The notes under the pieces were generated by a model. That model saw only the letters and a program-made list of their open reading frames with translations, had not been told where the DNA came from and made no database searches. The position numbers and the translations under genes were made by a program. DNA of 64,000 bases from Candidatus Aldehydirespirator sp. (lineage in GTDB: Bacteria > Actinomycetota > Acidimicrobiia > Acidimicrobiales > Aldehydirespiratoraceae): assembly GCA_965203635.1 (NCBI GenBank), contig OZ241903.1, forward strand, positions 2,290,583-2,354,582, read 5' to 3'. Shown piece by piece: positions 51,069 through 59,604 of this stretch. The number at the start of each line of letters is the position of its first letter. The stretch's first letter is position 1.

Positions 51069-53216
51069 ATGACTGCGCCGATGGGTGATCCGGCCCCGAC
51101 GGGCGCAGGTCCGGTGGAGCCGTGGGCCGGCGAGCGCGAGCCTGCCCAGAAGCCCGAGGAGCCGAGCCTGTCCGCGGGCGAGTGGCTCGGCAGGAACCTG
51201 TTCTCCTCCCCGGTCAACTCGCTGCTCACGGTCGTCTTCTCGCTGCTGGTGCTCCTGGCCGTGCGCGGCCTGCTCAACTTCACCTTCAGCGAGGAGCGAA
51301 CCTGGCGGGCCGTCAAGACCAACATGCGGTTCCTGTTCACCCACGCCTACCCCCAGGACCAGTACGCCCGCATCTGGGTCTGCGTGGGCGCCATCGCGGT
51401 GCTCTCCGGGCTCTCGGTGGGGCTGCTGGCCCGGGTCGGCCGCGGCATCTCGATGAAGAAGCTGTCGATGAACCTGATGGCCACCGGCGGCGTGATCGCG
51501 CTGGGGGTCGTTCTGCGCGAGCCCTCGGCCATCGTCGACGACGAGGGCGTGGCCCTGCACCGCGACGCCTCAGAGGCCGTCGGCAACTCCTTCGCCGGCT
51601 GGCTGGACGCCAACGCATTCACGGTTATGGCCGTGCTGGTGCTGGCCAACGCCGCGCTCGCGCTGTGGTTCCACCTCCAGGGCGCCTACCTGCGCGGCGG
51701 ACCGGAGCCGAGGATCGCTCACGGGGCGCTCGTGCTGGCGGGGATCGGGGTGCTGATCGTGCAGCAGTACGCCACCGGCGAGATCGTCCGGGAGTCGTTC
51801 GCCGACGCCATGTCGGACCGGGCCTGGTGGTGGCTGGCCGCGGCCGTGCTCACCGGCGCGGGCGCAGCCCTGTGGTCCGGGCTGGGCGACGCCCGCCGGC
51901 GCAACACCTTCGTGCCGGCCATGTACGTGTTCTTCGCCGGTGCCGGGGTGATGGTGCTGTCGGCGTGGGTGTACCCGTGGGGGCACTACGGCTTCCTGGA
52001 GGGCGAGTTCATCAACGAGCCGGGTCGCACCGTCGCCATGACCACGAAGCTGCCGTGGACGGTCATGCTGGCCCTGCTGGTGGCCACCTACGAGCTGGGA
52101 CGAGTGCTCAGGGCGGCAGGAGCGGGCCCGAGGCTGCGGATCCCGCTGAACCTGCTGTGGGTGCTGACCCCCTTCGTCCTGTACTGGGCCGTGCTGCGCG
52201 ACCCCGACCTCGACTGGGACCACGTGCTGTCCACCGACCTCCCGATGGCGCTGTTCTTCGCGGCCTTCGGGGGCCTGGTGGTGTGGTTCCTGGCCCACCC
52301 CCGCATCGGCGAGGCCGGCAGGGTGATGGCCGTCGTGCTGGTGGCGGTGGCCGCGCTCAACTGGGTGGCCGCGTACTTCGGCTGGTACCCGATGCTGCAG
52401 AAGGCGCGGATCAGCTTCCTGCTGCTGGCGGTGGTCGCCATGCTGGCCCACAACTTCGCCGGGGACCGCTCCCAGCGGATGAAGCTGGTGGCCGTGTGGG
52501 TCGCGACCATGGCCGTGTTCCACTGGCTGGTCACGCTGGTCAACTCGCCCTCGACCGTCGACACGCCCACCGACGCCCTGATCGGCGGCTTCGGCATAAC
52601 CCTCATCGTGGCCGTGTTCACGCTGCTGCTGGCCTTCCCGATGGGCGTGCTGCTGGCGCTGGCCCGCACGTCCAAGCTGCCGATCTTCAGGGTGCTGGCC
52701 ACCGTCTACATCGAGGTGTTCCGGGGCGTGCCGCTGATCACGGTGCTGTTCTTCTTCACCCTGATCTTCAACCTGTTCCTTCCCGACAACATGACCTTGG
52801 TGGACATCGCCGGGGCCACCATCGGCTTCGCCCTGTTCTCGGCCGCCTACCTGGCCGAGAACGTGCGCGGCGGTCTGCAGGCCGTCCGCCGGGGCCAGTA
52901 CGAGGCCTCCGACGCGGTCGGGTTCACCACCGTCCAGCGCACCCTGTTCATCGTGCTGCCCCAGGCCCTCAGGGTGTCGATACCGCCGCTGGTCGGCCAG
53001 GTCATCGCCACGTTCAAGGAGACCTCGCTGCTGGCCATCGTCGGCATCTTCGACTTCCTGCGGATCGCCGACAAGGTCATCTCCGCCCAGTCGGAGTTCC
53101 TCGGCGTCAAGCGCGAGGGCCTGCTGTTCGTGTCGTTCGTCTACTGGATCTTCGCCTACAACATGTCCAAGCACAGCCAGCGCCTCGAGAAGCGGCTGGG
53201 AGTGGGGGAGCGCTAG
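51069..53216 (+). CDS. amino-acid ABC transporter permease (AapM-like) with very long polytopic N-terminal region
   Basis: 715 aa. The conserved permease core (..YIEVFRGVPLITVLFF.. ..AVRRGQYEASDAVGF..) is confined to the last ~215 aa. Confidence 0.85.
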   Translation: MTAPMGDPAPTGAGPVEPWAGEREPAQKPEEPSLSAGEWLGRNLFSSPVNSLLTVVFSLLVLLAVRGLLNFTFSEERTWRAVKTNMRFLFTHAYPQDQYARIWVCVGAIAVLSGLSVGLLARVGRGISMKKLSMNLMATGGVIALGVVLREPSAIVDDEGVALHRDASEAVGNSFAGWLDANAFTVMAVLVLANAALALWFHLQGAYLRGGPEPRIAHGALVLAGIGVLIVQQYATGEIVRESFADAMSDRAWWWLAAAVLTGAGAALWSGLGDARRRNTFVPAMYVFFAGAGVMVLSAWVYPWGHYGFLEGEFINEPGRTVAMTTKLPWTVMLALLVATYELGRVLRAAGAGPRLRIPLNLLWVLTPFVLYWAVLRDPDLDWDHVLSTDLPMALFFAAFGGLVVWFLAHPRIGEAGRVMAVVLVAVAALNWVAAYFGWYPMLQKARISFLLLAVVAMLAHNFAGDRSQRMKLVAVWVATMAVFHWLVTLVNSPSTVDTPTDALIGGFGITLIVAVFTLLLAFPMGVLLALARTSKLPIFRVLATVYIEVFRGVPLITVLFFFTLIFNLFLPDNMTLVDIAGATIGFALFSAAYLAENVRGGLQAVRRGQYEASDAVGFTTVQRTLFIVLPQALRVSIPPLVGQVIATFKETSLLAIVGIFDFLRIADKVISAQSEFLGVKREGLLFVSFVYWIFAYNMSKHSQRLEKRLGVGER

Positions 53217-53296
53217 CCGTGCCGACCGTCTACACACACACCGCAGGGGGATGAAGCCATGAGTGTCAGCGACATGGCCACAGGGGGGACTGCACC

Positions 53297-54076
53297 ATGA
53301 GCGTCAGCGACGCCACCACCGCCTTGACCGAGGAGCTGGCCGCCCGCGACGACATGATCGTGTGCGAGGGGGTCAACAAGTGGTTCGGGGACTTCCAGGC
53401 CCTCGACGGCATCACCGCCGTCATCAAGGAGCGCGAGGTCGTGGTGGTGCTCGGCCCGTCGGGCTCGGGCAAGTCCACCTGGATCCGCTGCATCAACCGC
53501 CTCGAGGCCCACCAGGAGGGCCGCATCGTCATCGACGGCGTGGAACTCACCAACGACCTGCGCAACATCGAGAAGATCCGCTCCGAGGTCGGCATGGTGT
53601 TCCAGCAGTTCAACCTGTTCCCACACCTCACCGTGCTCGACAACATCATGCTGGCCCCGATCTGGGTGCGCAAGAAGCCCAAGCGGGAGGCCGAGGAGCT
53701 GGCCCGCTCGCTGCTGGAGCGGGTCGGCATACCCGAGCAGGCCGAGAAGTATCCGGGGCAGCTCTCCGGCGGGCAGCAGCAGCGGGTGGCCATCGCCCGG
53801 GCGCTGGCCATGGAGCCCAGGATCATGCTCTTCGACGAGCCCACCTCCGCCCTCGATCCCGAGATGATCAAGGAGGTCCTCGACGTGATGAAGGAGCTGG
53901 CGATGTCAGGCATGACCATGATGGTGGTCACCCACGAGATGGGCTTCGCCCGGGAGGTCGCCGACCGGGTGATCTTCATGGAGGACGGCCAGATAGTGGA
54001 GACCGGCACCCCAGAGCACTTCTTCACCAACCCCGAGGAGGAGCGCACCAGGCTCTTCCTCTCCCAGATCCTCTAA
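53297..54076 (+). CDS. amino-acid ABC transporter ATP-binding protein
   Basis: Walker [10 protein letters not shown], signature LSGGQQQRV and Walker [12 protein letters not shown]. Confidence 0.95.
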   Translation: MSVSDATTALTEELAARDDMIVCEGVNKWFGDFQALDGITAVIKEREVVVVLGPSGSGKSTWIRCINRLEAHQEGRIVIDGVELTNDLRNIEKIRSEVGMVFQQFNLFPHLTVLDNIMLAPIWVRKKPKREAEELARSLLERVGIPEQAEKYPGQLSGGQQQRVAIARALAMEPRIMLFDEPTSALDPEMIKEVLDVMKELAMSGMTMMVVTHEMGFAREVADRVIFMEDGQIVETGTPEHFFTNPEEERTRLFLSQIL

Positions 54077-54121
54077 CCCCGACAACCCCTACCGGCAGTC
54101 GCCTGAGTAGCGTGCCGCTCG

Positions 54122-55639
54122 ATGGCTGTCCCCAAGACGCTCGGCCTTGAGACCGAGTACGGCATCGTCCACCGGGGTGCTCCGGAGCCCAACCCGATCT
54201 CGGCCTCCTCGCTGCTGATCAACGCCTACCTGATCGCCACCCATCAGGCACCCGAGCCGGGCCGGGCCGCGGTGGGCTGGGACTTCACCGACGAGACACC
54301 CGGCAACGATGCCCGGGGCGGCGCTCCCGCGGGCTCGCTCGCGCCCGAGATCGAGACCCACCTGGTGAACGCGGTGCTCACCAACGGCGCCCGCTACTAC
54401 GTCGACCACGCCCATCCCGAGCTGTCCACCCCCGAGTGCGCCGACGCCCGCTCGGTGGTCGTCTACGACCGGGCTGCCGAGCTGATCGCGGCCCGCTCGA
54501 TGGAGTCGGCCCGGATGCTGCTGCCACCGGGCGAGGAGATCGTGGTCTACAAGAACAACTCCGACGGCAAGGGCAACAGCTACGGCTGCCACGAGAACTA
54601 CCTGGTGAGCCGGGCTGTGCCGTTCTCCCGCATCGTCACCCACGCCACCGCGCACTTCGTGACCCGCCAGATCTTCTGCGGTGCCGGCAAGATGGGCAGC
54701 GAGACCTCCGGCATGCGCCTGGACGAGGCCGGCTACCAGATCACCCAGCGGGCCGACTTCATCGAGGAGGAGGTCGGCCTGGAGACCACCCTCAAGCGTC
54801 CCATCGTCAACACCCGCGACGAGCCCCACGCCGACGCGGCCAAGTACCGGCGCCTGCACGTGATCGTGGGCGACGCCAACATGTCGCAGGTGGCGACGTT
54901 CCTCAAGGTCGGCACCACTGCGCTGATCATGGCCCTCACCGAGGACGACGCCGTGCCCCGCGAGCTGCGCTTCGCCGCGCCGGTGGCGGCGCTTCGCCAG
55001 GTGAGCCGCGACCTGTCGCTGCGAGAGCCGCTGGAACTCGTCGACGGCTCCACGATCACCGCCCTGGGCGCGCAGTGGGAGCTGCTGGCCGCGGCCCGCG
55101 CCTATGTGGAGACGAGGGGCGCGGACGCGGTGGGCGGCGACGTCGCCCACCAGGTCCTGGATCGCTGGGAGGCCGTGCTCGGCGGACTGGAGCGCGACCC
55201 GATGAGTCTCGCCGCGCAGATCGACTGGGTGGCCAAGCTCCGGTTGCTGGAGGGCTTCCGGTCCCGCCACGGCCTCGACTGGGAGGACGCCCGCCTCAGG
55301 GCCCTCGACATCCAGTACCACGACCTGCGCCCCACGAAGTCGCTGGCGGCCAGGGCGGGGCTGGAGACCCTGGTGGACGAGGCCGAGGCCGAGCTGGCCA
55401 TGACCGAGCCGCCGCCCGACACCCGCGCCTTCTTCAGGGGGCGCTGCCTGCAACGCTTCGCGGCGGAGGTGGTGGCGGCCAACTGGGACTCGATCGTCTT
55501 CGACGTGGGCGAGGGCTCGCTGCGACGGGTCTCCATGACCGAGCCGACGCGGGGAACCGTCGCCCACGTGGGCACGATGTTCGACGAATGCGGCTCCGCG
55601 ATCGACCTGCTTCGCCGCTTGGGCGCTGCTGGCGCGTGA
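54122..55639 (+). CDS. dop: Pup deamidase/depupylase
   Basis: GLETEYG N-terminus. 505 aa, which is Dop-sized rather than PafA-sized. Located immediately upstream of pup. Confidence 0.88.
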   Translation: MAVPKTLGLETEYGIVHRGAPEPNPISASSLLINAYLIATHQAPEPGRAAVGWDFTDETPGNDARGGAPAGSLAPEIETHLVNAVLTNGARYYVDHAHPELSTPECADARSVVVYDRAAELIAARSMESARMLLPPGEEIVVYKNNSDGKGNSYGCHENYLVSRAVPFSRIVTHATAHFVTRQIFCGAGKMGSETSGMRLDEAGYQITQRADFIEEEVGLETTLKRPIVNTRDEPHADAAKYRRLHVIVGDANMSQVATFLKVGTTALIMALTEDDAVPRELRFAAPVAALRQVSRDLSLREPLELVDGSTITALGAQWELLAAARAYVETRGADAVGGDVAHQVLDRWEAVLGGLERDPMSLAAQIDWVAKLRLLEGFRSRHGLDWEDARLRALDIQYHDLRPTKSLAARAGLETLVDEAEAELAMTEPPPDTRAFFRGRCLQRFAAEVVAANWDSIVFDVGEGSLRRVSMTEPTRGTVAHVGTMFDECGSAIDLLRRLGAAGA

Positions 55640-55641
55640 AA

Positions 55642-55740
55642 TCCCGCTCTTGTTCGCTGCGCTCACGGGCCGCTCGGGCCACGGCCTCGCTCAGCTTCTC
55701 GGCGTCCCGGGTAAGTGCGGCCCACCCGCTCGGCCTCTAG
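55642..55740 (+). repeat. MIRU-like dispersed repeat, copy 5 (long form), between dop and pup
   Basis: TCCCGCTCTTGTTCGCTGCGCTCACGGGCCGCTCGGGCCACGGCCTCGC ... CCGCTCGGCCTCTAG. Confidence 0.85.
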
Positions 55741-55787
55741 CCTCCGTTGTGGAAAACTGAGGTAGGCACCGAGCCGGGAGGAATCCA

Positions 55788-55982
55788 GTGGCCGAACGAG
55801 AGCAGATCCGCAAGCCGGCGCCGGCGAACCGCGAACAGTCCGTGGAGGAGGCGCCGCCCGCGTCCGAGCGGGGCTCGGACATCAAGGCCCAGCTCGACGA
55901 CCTGCTCGACGAGATCGACGAGGTGCTCGAGACCAACGCCGAGGACTTCGTGAAGAGCTACATCCAAAAGGGCGGCGAGTGA
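55788..55982 (+). CDS. pup: prokaryotic ubiquitin-like protein Pup, Glu-terminated (GGE)
   Basis: 64 aa, GTG start after [36 protein letters not shown]. Confidence 0.93.
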   Translation: MAEREQIRKPAPANREQSVEEAPPASERGSDIKAQLDDLLDEIDEVLETNAEDFVKSYIQKGGE

Positions 55983-56046
55983 GCCTGCGCGCCAGGATCG
56001 TGCGTTTCTCGGGCAACCGGAGGCGCTGCGGCCCGGGGGCCGGCGA

Positions 56047-56877
56047 GTGAGCCTGCCCCGCTTCGGACCGCACGACGATCCCGGCCCCGACTTCGCCGCG
56101 CTCCTGCGCCTCACCGGCGCCGGTGGAGAGGCCGGCCCGCTCGGCACGGCCGCCCAGCGCCCGCAGGCGGCGCCGGACATCCCCCACGGCACGACCTGCG
56201 TGGCCGTGCGCTACGACTCGGGGGTGGTCCTGGCCGGAGACCGGCGAGCAACCGCGGGGCATCTGATCAGCAACCACCGCATCGAGAAGGTGTTCCCCGC
56301 CGACCGTCATTCCGGCGTGGCCATCGCCGGTGCAGCCGGGCCCTCGGCCGAGATGGTGAGGCTGTTCCAGCTCCAGCTCGAGCACTACGAGAAGGTGGAG
56401 GGCACGCCGATCAGCCTGGAGGGCAAGGCCAACCAGCTCGGCCAGATGGTGAGGGCCAACCTGCCCTCCGCCATGCAGGGACTGGTGGTGGTGCCGATCT
56501 TCGCGGGCTTCGACACGGCGGTCTCCAGGGGCCGGATATTCGAGTACGACGTCACCGGCGGGCGGTACGAGGAGCGGGACCACGCGGCCACCGGCTCGGG
56601 CTCGCTGCACGCCGACACCGTGGTGAAGCTGGGCTTCCGCCCGTCGATGGCGAGAGCGGCGGCTGTTGACCTGGTGCTGGACGCGCTGTACGTGGCCTCC
56701 GACGCGGACTCCGCCACCGGCGGACCCGACCCGGTGCGCGACGTGTTCCCCGTGGTGGCCGTGATCGACGCCGGCGGCTACCAGCGCTTGGACGACGCCG
56801 AGTTGCGCCGCCGAACCGAGCGGCTGCTGCGCCGCCACCGCAGCCGGCGCGAGGGAGACAAGGGGGATGCATCATGA
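56047..56877 (+). CDS. prcB: 20S proteasome beta subunit
   Basis: Propeptide ending ..DIPHG, followed by the catalytic TTCVAVRY. Confidence 0.93.
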   Translation: MSLPRFGPHDDPGPDFAALLRLTGAGGEAGPLGTAAQRPQAAPDIPHGTTCVAVRYDSGVVLAGDRRATAGHLISNHRIEKVFPADRHSGVAIAGAAGPSAEMVRLFQLQLEHYEKVEGTPISLEGKANQLGQMVRANLPSAMQGLVVVPIFAGFDTAVSRGRIFEYDVTGGRYEERDHAATGSGSLHADTVVKLGFRPSMARAAAVDLVLDALYVASDADSATGGPDPVRDVFPVVAVIDAGGYQRLDDAELRRRTERLLRRHRSRREGDKGDAS

Positions 56878-56920
56878 CCATGCCCTCGGCCCGAGCCTCG
56901 AGCACAGGGGGGTGCCGGCG

Positions 56921-57610
56921 ATGACCATGCCCTTCTACGCCCCGCCCGAGCAGATGATGAAGGACAAGGCCGACTACGCCCAGAAGGGCATCGCCCGGGG
57001 CCGCAGCCTGGTCGCCTTCCGCTACGGCGGCGGCATCGCCATCGTGGCCGAGAACACCTCCAGCACGTTGCGCAAGGTGAGCGAGATCTACGACCGCATC
57101 GCCTTCGCGGGCGTGGGCCGCTACAACGAGTTCGACCAGCTCCGCATCGCCGGGGTGCGCCACGCCGACCTGAAGGGCTTCGCCTTCAGCCGCGAGGACG
57201 TGGACGCACGCAGCCTGGCCAACGCCTACGCCCAGAGCCTCGGGCAGGTCTTCACCCACGAGTTCAAGCCGATGGAGGTGGAGATCCTGGTGGCCGAGAT
57301 CGGTCTCGACGCCGACGGCCGCGGCGACCAGCTGTTCCACATCCTCTACGACGGCACCGTGGTCGACGAGGACGACTGGGTGGTGCTCGGCGGCGAGACC
57401 GAGGAGATCTCGGAGCGCTTCGCGGAGGCGCTGCCGGAAGCACCCCGGAGCCTCGCCGACGGTGTTCGTGCCGCGGTGGCCGCCCTGGCCGGCCCCGATC
57501 GCACCCTCACCGCCGAGAGCCTCGAGGCCGCGGTGTTGGACCGCGGCAACGACCGCCGAGCCTTCCGCCGCCTAACCGACCGCGAGGTCGCCGCCATCCT
57601 GGAGGGCTAG
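56921..57610 (+). CDS. prcA: 20S proteasome alpha subunit
   Basis: MTMPFYAPPEQMMKDKADYAQKGIARG matches the usual PrcA N-terminus. The track ORF starts 54 nt upstream. Confidence 0.92.
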   Translation: MTMPFYAPPEQMMKDKADYAQKGIARGRSLVAFRYGGGIAIVAENTSSTLRKVSEIYDRIAFAGVGRYNEFDQLRIAGVRHADLKGFAFSREDVDARSLANAYAQSLGQVFTHEFKPMEVEILVAEIGLDADGRGDQLFHILYDGTVVDEDDWVVLGGETEEISERFAEALPEAPRSLADGVRAAVAALAGPDRTLTAESLEAAVLDRGNDRRAFRRLTDREVAAILEG

Positions 57611-57734
57611 CCGAGAACCCAGCTAGGCGTTGCGCATTCTCAATCACTGGCGACATCAATGCGGGTTGTCCGAGTTGTCGTAGGTTAGGGTTGATAGCTA
57701 GACGACGTTCCATGTAGGTTCGACTTATTCTGAT

Positions 57735-57754
57735 GGCTCCCCCCTTGGGGAGCC
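57735..57754 (+). terminator. hairpin downstream of prcA (terminator candidate)
   Basis: GGCTCCCC-CCTT-GGGGAGCC, followed by a second GC-rich palindrome GGGCCCCTCGGGGCCC. Confidence 0.35.
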
Positions 57755-57804
57755 GAGCGGGGGCCCCTCGGGGCCCTCGCGCTGCTTCTGGGAGGTGACA
57801 GGCC

Positions 57805-59604
57805 ATGGACCGCTGCGCCGTGTTCGTCGATGCTGGCTACCTGTACGCGGAGGGAGGCAAGCTCATCGGACTCGGCCCGTCGCGCCGCAATGTCCGGCTC
57901 GACCCTTCGGGGCGCAAGTACTCTCTACCCATGGGCAAGCGAAGCAGAATGGGCAAGCGAAGCAGAAGAAAGCCTCGGGGGAGCAGCAGGGGTCGCAAAT
58001 CTCAGGCCAAGACCTTCAAGATCGTCTACTTCTTCTTGCCGCTGCCTGTCCCGCTCCGTGTTCCTGACGGCCACACAATCCGAATAACTGTGCCGTCCAA
58101 CCCGCTTGAAGGAGATGACGACGTCATCGAGACACTTCATGACGATGAGTTCGGCTATCATGGACTTGCTACAAGCATCAGAATCCATCAGATCAAGTCT
58201 AAACAATCACACATAAACTTGAGAGCCGCATTTGAGGCGGCAGCTCGAGCATTCCCGGCTGGCGGTCCATTCGAGAGTGGCGATACTTCTCCACCAGACC
58301 CAGCAATCACAACTACCGTAATCGAAGCTGCTACTCGTCTCTCAAGCATGTCTGAAGAACCTATGACTGAGGCCTTCGATCGTGTGGTGGATGGACTTCA
58401 ATCGCTACAGCGCAGCTATGTTGTAGCAACAAATCATATCATATCTCTCGTGTCTCTGTCGCAGATGCCCTTCTGTGTGCCATACGCCATTCGTACAGCA
58501 ACAAGTGGTGAAGATGAACCGTCATGGCCTACGGATGGCGGTTTGTTTCTAACTAATTTCCACGATAGTTACCTCGAACAGCAGAGCTATAGCGAAGATT
58601 CAATAGATGAGTCGGCCCTCGACGCTATGTCGATTCTTGGTGATTTAGATTCGAGTCCATTCGTATCATTTATCGACAACTGGCGGGAGGCACAGCTAGC
58701 GGGGCGTAATCGCACCGGTTCAGTGGCGTGCATTCTAGCCGCGACATCGGCTGAATTGCTGCTCCGAGAATTGTTGACAATGTTGCTGTGGGAAGAAGGT
58801 GTTACGCCACTCGCGGCAGCGATACGACTCTGCAGAAACTCCGCCGGTAGTCGAACCATTTCTTCGCTTCTTGCTACCGAGTTTCACGACAGACTCGGAG
58901 GATCGTGGGATCGGAATGGGGACGGCGTCATCGCGCGATACATGAAGCTGGTGATTCAGGTCCGTAATCGCATTGTGCATAGTGGCTATGATCCATCTAC
59001 TGACGATGTTCAAGCGGCGATTGAAACATGTAGAGAGCTAGTTGAGTTTATTCACCAGCGCCTGATCAAGCGCATTGCACGTTACCCCTTGACGACGCTG
59101 ATGACAGCAGGCTATGGCGAACTTGATAGTCGAGACCTTACGGAGCATCTTGAGCGGCTTCTATCCGAGATGATCGTTCCTCAAGACATTTACGAGAACT
59201 ATATGTCGTATCGATTTGAGGTAGACAGATATACTCACGATAGATCCTTGCGTGATGGAGGTGAGCTCTCAGCAAGTCTTGAGGGGGCTCATGTTGCGCT
59301 ACTCATATTTCCGACCGGCAAGATGCAGTGGTGGCTCATTGATCCTGATGCACGAATCGGTTGCCTAGCTAGCGCGCCAAAGCTCAGTCGCAAGATGAAG
59401 CGTACAGTAGACGAAGTCCGTCGGCGTGCGATTGCTGATCGCCCCTTTCAGGGTGCATGCCCAGTTCGCATCGAGGCGAGTACGGTGCCCTTGACGGAGC
59501 CGCCAGTTTGGTATCTGATGCACGAAGTATGGCCTCTGGTTCGCGTGGATCGCTTTCCATCCTGCCCCATACCGATCTACGATGAGCGTCGCTCAACCGC
59601 GTGA
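57805..59604 (+). CDS. hypothetical 599-aa protein with an Rx4H (HEPN-like) motif; 5' end looks chimeric
   Basis: Long ORF in a low-GC stretch (29/60 G+C hand-counted at 58561-58620). VIQVRNRIVHSGYD lies inside a predicted helical region. The first ~35 aa are high-GC and NYN-like (AVFVDAGYLYAEG). The 3' end overlaps the convergent methyltransferase by 12 nt. Confidence 0.7.
   Translation: MDRCAVFVDAGYLYAEGGKLIGLGPSRRNVRLDPSGRKYSLPMGKRSRMGKRSRRKPRGSSRGRKSQAKTFKIVYFFLPLPVPLRVPDGHTIRITVPSNPLEGDDDVIETLHDDEFGYHGLATSIRIHQIKSKQSHINLRAAFEAAARAFPAGGPFESGDTSPPDPAITTTVIEAATRLSSMSEEPMTEAFDRVVDGLQSLQRSYVVATNHIISLVSLSQMPFCVPYAIRTATSGEDEPSWPTDGGLFLTNFHDSYLEQQSYSEDSIDESALDAMSILGDLDSSPFVSFIDNWREAQLAGRNRTGSVACILAATSAELLLRELLTMLLWEEGVTPLAAAIRLCRNSAGSRTISSLLATEFHDRLGGSWDRNGDGVIARYMKLVIQVRNRIVHSGYDPSTDDVQAAIETCRELVEFIHQRLIKRIARYPLTTLMTAGYGELDSRDLTEHLERLLSEMIVPQDIYENYMSYRFEVDRYTHDRSLRDGGELSASLEGAHVALLIFPTGKMQWWLIDPDARIGCLASAPKLSRKMKRTVDEVRRRAIADRPFQGACPVRIEASTVPLTEPPVWYLMHEVWPLVRVDRFPSCPIPIYDERRSTA
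57931..57966 (+). repeat. perfect 18-bp tandem duplication at the GC transition
   Basis: ATGGGCAAGCGAAGCAGA x2, encoding MGKRSR-MGKRSR. Confidence 0.9.

Noticed and set aside
56867-56920. Upstream ATG (56867) as the prcA start, overlapping the prcB end
   Set aside because: The extension MHHDHALGPSLEHRGVPA has no counterpart in PrcA proteins as I know them. MTMPFYAPPEQ at 56921 matches the usual N-terminus.
57717-57723. GGTTCGA, a tRNA T-arm-like string in the low-GC spacer after prcA (possible att site or tRNA remnant)
   Set aside because: The flanks cannot be folded into a T-stem/acceptor or cloverleaf. A seven-base match is expected by chance.
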